A DNA stretch of 64,000 nucleotides, from contig CAVNZM010000005.1 of the NCBI GenBank assembly GCA_963693365.1, forward strand, positions 1-64,000, written 5' to 3'. Source of the stretch: Amoebidium appalachense. Lineage: Eukaryota; Protista; Ichthyosporea. This document shows, one piece after another, positions 58,977 to 64,000 of the stretch (position 1 is the first letter of the stretch; the number at the start of each line of letters is the position of its first letter). Under the pieces are notes generated by a model. The model made no database searches. It was not told the origin of the DNA and saw nothing but the letters and a program-made list of their open reading frames with translations. Made by a program: the position numbers and the translations under genes.

Positions 58977-60752
58977 AGGATGTGACGGTAGGTGGGGAAG
59001 GCTGGCAACACGTTAAAGGCGAGCAGGGGAAGGGGGGGGAGGGGGGGGGGCACATACCACGTGGCCATCTACGATGTCACACTGAAGGCCTGCAGGGGGG
59101 GTTCAATGGGTCAGTGAGGGGGGCAGGAGGTGAACGGACAGGTGGGCAAGGTAGAGGGGCTGATGGAAAGGTTACTAGGATGCAGCAGGGCAGAAAGAAA
59201 GAGGGGAGGTCTTATTGTGGCAGGCAGGCATGGCTTCAGTGTGCACACAGGATTTGGTGGGGGGGGGGGGGGGGGGGGGAGGGGGGGGGGGGGGGGGGGG
59301 ATTTTTCGGGCAGGCTGGTGCAGGGTGCACACAGGAACTAGGGGGGGGGGGGGGGGGAGCATATCATACCGGGCAGGCATGGAGCAATGTGGCCCAGCCA
59401 GTCCACTCCAGTGGTGGCATTGCCACTTGGGCTGCTGCAGTCACTGGGTGACCAGATGGCGGGGGGCTGGCGGTAGGCGGGGTGGCTCGGTAGCAGGGGG
59501 AGGATGAACGTGCCTGGGGGGGAGGGGGGGGGGGGGGGGAAGAGGGGGTGGGGGGGGGGGGGGGGGTTTGTTAAGAGCACAAGGCAAGAGGTTATTGGGG
59601 TGGGGGCAGGGGGTTGTGAAAGGTTCTCGCTGGAGTGTGCTGAAGGCACGGAATGGATGTCATGTGCAAAACTGCAAAGTGTGTCCTTGGATGCATGTCA
59701 TATTCATTCAGATACGTGTTGTGTGGGTGATCTTCTCACGTGTGTGCGTGTGTGCATGTGAACATGTGTGTGTGCGTGTTCATGTCCACATGTACGTGTG
59801 GGCACGTGCACATGAGACCTACCATCAGCCGCAATGACATGGACACTCTGGGGGCCATTCATCCTCTCGGCCAGTCGGGATGTTGGGTCGCACATCAGCT
59901 GCATGCCCCAGTCGGCACATTAGCCATATAAGGCTATGTTTTAGACTGCTCCGTACAATGTACTCGACTACACATTAGCCATATAAGGCTATGTTCTAGA
60001 CTACTCAATGCAATATCCTCGACCACTCAATAGCCATATAAGGCTATGTTTTAGACTACTCGATACAATATCCTCGACTACTCAATAGCCACATAAGGTA
60101 TTTTCATAACACCACGCACGAGTGCCCACCATGCTGGATCAATGAGGGGTAGAGTTACTAACCCTCATTTATGTTTCACACCCACACACGGCATCCTCCT
60201 GTCCGGCATACCCAACACGCAGCAATGTCCCCGTGCACATGCACATAATGAGAATATACACCCAGACCACCCCCATTTTCTTTCTCCTTTTCGTCTTTCC
60301 GGCCTATTCTGTGCCATGTGTTGCTATTTTGCTCTTCTATAATACTAAGTCATGGGTGCCATGGGTATGGTGACATACCTCGTACACGGATATGTTGTTG
60401 ACCTCTGGGCCTGTGGGCTGGTCGGTGGATGTGGTCACGGTGTAGCCGGGACCCTGCAGTTAGGGGGGATATCACGGTGGGTCACATGCACACAGTGTAG
60501 AGTGGTGGGGTTTTGGATTTGGAGCCAGAGCCACACTGTTCATGGGTGGGGGGATGAAGGGGGGGGGGGGGGGAGGGGGGGGGGGGGGGGGGGGGTTACA
60601 CCTCCGATTAGAGATTGCGGAGGGACGGAAGGCAAAGCTTTGGCCTTGCCCTGTGAGCGGTGCTAAGGAACGGGTGCATTTTTTCCGTTTTTTTTTTTTT
60701 CATAAGAAAAGATTTTATCTCATTGTTTTTTATTTTTGTGTGTGTGTTTGTG

Positions 60753-60812
<60 letters not shown>

Positions 60813-61271
60813 GGCTAAGTACCAGACACATGGGCTGGTTAGGGTTGAGCTGGCACGATGTGGCCACAGCAGAGAGGCACCGCCCCACCGTCTGTGTGCC
60901 TGCACCCGATCCTATCAATATCCTATATGGCATCTCACCCTGTCCACCCTCTTCCTCACTCTTCCCCCCCCCCCCATCCCCCCTGAAGACATCCACTCTG
61001 CACACAGGCACCCATTGCCCTTGCTACTCCTGTCGCCTCCCCGACGTGCTCTGTTGCCCATCTGGCCAGCCACAAGGTGACACCCACCACACACAGACCC
61101 AGGCACACACTCAAGGACTGCCGGTGCACAAATGTGGATATTGGTGCATCCCCCCCCCCCCCCCCCCCACCACCACCACCACTACCACACACACACACAC
61201 ACACGGACGCACACACACACACACACACGGACACACACACACACACACACACATACACACACACACACACA

Positions 61272-61315
<44 letters not shown>

Positions 61316-61454
61316 CACACGCGCGCGCACACACACGCGCACACACACACACATACACACGGACACAAAAACACACACGGGCACACACACACACACACCC
61401 ACGGAGACACACACACACACACACACACAGACGCACACACACACACACACACAC

Positions 61455-61502
<48 letters not shown>

Positions 61503-61830
61503 GCACCCTGCATAATGCCTGGGCTGGTGCATGCCTCGAGGCTGTGGCAGCTGTCAGCCCGCAGCAGACACGGCCATTCGCTCTGTGTGGTTTACGGGGT
61601 AAGGGGGATAGGGAGATAGGGAGATAGGAGGGTAGGGGTTATGTTGGTAACTGCCGCCATTCAAAAGCAAAAAAGACAAGCAAGGCCACTAGGCCTCACA
61701 AAACAATAAGAGTGCATGGGAGAGAAATCGTGGATATGGGCAAAGGCTGGTTTGGTGTCGTACGTCTCCATTTTTGGTCTTTTTTCTGTGATGGGGGGAT
61801 TGGGTTTTTGGCTTTTTTTTTTTTTTTTTT

Positions 61831-61861
<31 letters not shown>

Positions 61862-62844
61862 GGGGTAGCAACGGGAGAGCTGGAGAGGGCTAGAGCAATG
61901 CACTATGAAGGGTGCTATGTATTGAACTCTAGGGAGACAGCATGCGCTGACACTCGTATACGTGCACTAAGACAAATCAAAAACACAAGCACACATTGTG
62001 TGCTCGTAGGGTGTCTGCGCACACAGAAACACACCCACACACACACATGCCTGTGTGCTCACACATCCACGTGCACGCACATCCCTCCCCCCCTCCCTTC
62101 CTCCCCCCTCCCCTCCCCTCTCCCCCCCCCCCCCCCACACACACACACACACACACACACACCATCACTTCGTGCACGGCCATGGGTGCCGTAGGCTCAC
62201 ACACGGCCCAGCCATTTGATTGGCTGACGAGTTGGCCGGCATGTGGTCGGCACTGTTTGCACACACACTGCGATGGAGTCAGGCCGGGGCAGTGGGTGGT
62301 CCTGTGTAGTTTGGGGATTTTTTATTTGTTTGGTTTTTTTGTTTGGAGGAGGGGGGTGGGGGGGAGGGGGGGGTCAGCCTGCTTCATTGATGAATTATTT
62401 GAAAATTGAGGGAGAAGGTTGCGGAAGCCTGAAGGCAGCTTGGTTGGGTGGTAGGGCAACACACAGCAGCACATGTGCTGCACGTGCATGGACTTGAACA
62501 TGTGCTTGCTGGGGAAAGGGGAAGGGGAGGGGGGAGGAGGGGGAAGACACCTAATTCAAATGATCAAAAACATTTGATAATGAAAGGGAAGGGAAGAAAC
62601 AGGGTAGGACATGGGGATATAATTGGAAGGGGACTGAGGAAACGACCTGCAAAAGGGAGTAACACCCCAGCTGAATGGAATGATGGAAACTAGAAGTGGA
62701 ATCAAACAGCGGGTTGATGGTTGGTGTATGTTGGGTTGCTGCAGTGTAATGAGTGTAGGTGGACGAAGCGATGGGACGGACATGGTTTTCTCTTTTTTTT
62801 TTTTTTTTTTTTTGTTTGTTTGTTTGTTTTTTTGTTTGTTTGTT

Positions 62845-62879
<35 letters not shown>

Positions 62880-62949
62880 GTTGTTTGCTTGTTTGCGTGC
62901 TTGTTTGTTTTTTGTTTTTTTTGTTTTGGGGAGGAGGAGGGGGGGCGAA

Positions 62950-62984
<35 letters not shown>

Positions 62985-63453
62985 GCCAGGGCAGTGCAGG
63001 TATTTGTACCCGTTTGCAGCGGCACTGATGCAGGCCTGCAGCTGCGCATAGGCAGCCTCCCCGTTGGTCTGCACGTGACCCATTTAATGGTGAGCCAGTA
63101 ATGGTACCCTAAGGCGGTCATTTTTTTCCATTTTTCCGCTCTTTTTTGTTTTCCTCCGTGGTGGCTGGGGGAGGGGGGGAAGGGGGGTTGCGAACTGACT
63201 GCTAGAGTTAATGTTGTGTGGCTATGCATGCATGTTCAAAGGGAGCAATAGCAGTGTGTTCCCGTGTGTTTAAGCCCTTGGCCATTGGGCAGTGAGGGTG
63301 CAAAAGAAGAGCACCATGTAACCCCCTGTTCCCATTCTTCTGTACAGAGCGGTTTGCGCTATGCAATGAGCCGTGGGGTGCAGCTTGTGACCAGATGGAG
63401 CCCAAGCTACTGCCACTTTCAATTCTTATAGGTTTTCATACCTTCTTGCCTCC

Positions 63454-63486
<33 letters not shown>

Positions 63487-63576
63487 ACAGTCTCCCCTTC
63501 ACACTCCCAACTCTCCCACCCCTGTTCTCACGCTTCACCCCCTTGTACGACCCCACCCCCCTCCCCCCCCTCCCCC

Positions 63577-63607
<31 letters not shown>

Positions 63608-63824
63608 ACACATACACCCTCCCCCGCCGAACACACAACACAACTATCTACATCCTCGAGCCTTCCCGTCTCCTCGACCCTATTCGTTCTCTCCCCCTTG
63701 GTCCCTCTTTTGTTTGCTGCATGGCGTGGACACACACCTTAGCCTGGGGATTGCATCTTTGCAACTGGCCGGAAGCAGTGTGTGCAAACAGCGCGGCAAA
63801 AAGACCTAGTGCCGCCACGTGCAT
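43640..63824 (-). CDS. ABCG (White-family) half-transporter with signal peptide and Cys-rich N-terminal ectodomain, many exons
   Basis: Start exon 63738-63824 ([19 protein letters not shown], signal-like) joins in phase to 63010-63068 and 62163-62301. [16 protein letters not shown] at 58674-58782. TM helix ~58083-58192. Walker [10 protein letters not shown] ~56100-56130. PQDD Q-loop ~54740. Signature [16 protein letters not shown] ~52097-52152. [18 protein letters not shown] ~51875-52008. TMD exons ~46670-46880, ~46260-46430 and ~44380-44468. Last exon ends at 43640. Not all exons were resolved, and linkage of the 5' exons to the core is inferred. Confidence 0.88.
43836..44185. repeat. 33-bp intronic minisatellite (~10 copies)
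   Basis: Unit GCAGGTATGCATGTGGTATGTGGCTGTATGGAT. Confidence 0.95.
45661..45988. mobile_element. MITE (328 bp) in an ABCG intron
   Basis: TIRs 45661-45692 / 45957-45988 (31/32 identical), flanked by TA on both sides, with an AT-rich interior. Confidence 0.88.
52150..54125. repeat. Large compound (GT)n / (CA)n / (CACACG)n microsatellite block in an ABCG intron
   Basis: A (GT)-rich arm at 52154-52640 faces a (CA)/(CACACG)-rich arm at 52935-54125. Confidence 0.95.
54745..55520. repeat. Composite ~23-25-bp subunit minisatellite with ~70-bp higher-order period
   Basis: Cycling subunits GGTGAGGGTGTGCAAAGAGTGAGTTAAAA / GGTGAAGGCGTGCACACAGTGTTTAG. Confidence 0.9.
57911..58072. repeat. 31-bp repeat x5
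   Basis: Unit GGGCCCACTTTAACTACTTGATTAATTCATT. Confidence 0.93.
58480..58660. repeat. 21-bp repeat x8
   Basis: Unit AGGTGCATGCCCAAACATGGC. Confidence 0.93.
59921..60098. repeat. 55-bp repeat x3.3 with hairpin TAGCC-ATATAA-GGCTA
   Basis: Units at 59921, 59976, 60031 and 60086. Confidence 0.88.
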
Positions 63825-64000
63825 GGTGCCGTCGTTATGAGTGACTGTGTGCTGCTTGTTTGTTTGTTTAGAGGTCCTATGTGCCCATGGTCCTGCCGCA
63901 CCTCTCTTGTGTGTTCTAGATCCTACTGTGTTGCGTGGAAACGAGGAGCCCTCAAGCCGCCACCGCTATGCCGCCCATTCTCACAGCACTTTGTTGCTCC

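Noticed and set aside
59921-60098. Hairpin repeats with GTTTTAGA resembling type II CRISPR repeats
   Set aside because: The spacers are diverged copies of each other; this is an ordinary intronic 55-bp minisatellite

Overview
Eukaryotic genomic DNA with GT-AG introns packed with (CA)n/(GT)n, poly-C/G and minisatellites. Almost all ORFs in the supplied track are simple-repeat artefacts, so the real genes were rebuilt by splicing. The right two-thirds holds three ordinary host genes: striatin (-, 20314-35920), a divergently transcribed cyclophilin (+, 37357-42087) and an ABCG half-transporter with a Cys-rich ectodomain (-, 43640-63824). Two non-autonomous DNA transposons sit in their introns. 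The left 20 kb is accessory. It holds the 3' half of a non-LTR retrotransposon, a ~185-bp satellite with trimeric higher-order structure, and the main finding: a five-exon (or more) gene at 10714-15870. Its spliced product (~630 aa) is a beta-class, bacterial-type N4-cytosine/N6-adenine DNA methyltransferase fold with an atypical DPPG catalytic motif and a candidate NLS. The gene is bracketed by two diverged copies of a module: a conserved CCAAT-CCCACAATC-TATA promoter, a GATATC/GAYRTC-dense array and a shared 36-bp terminus. This suggests a transposon-borne eukaryotic amino-methylation system. No transposase is visible in the window, homopolymer indels suggest long-read errors, and no database search was possible.
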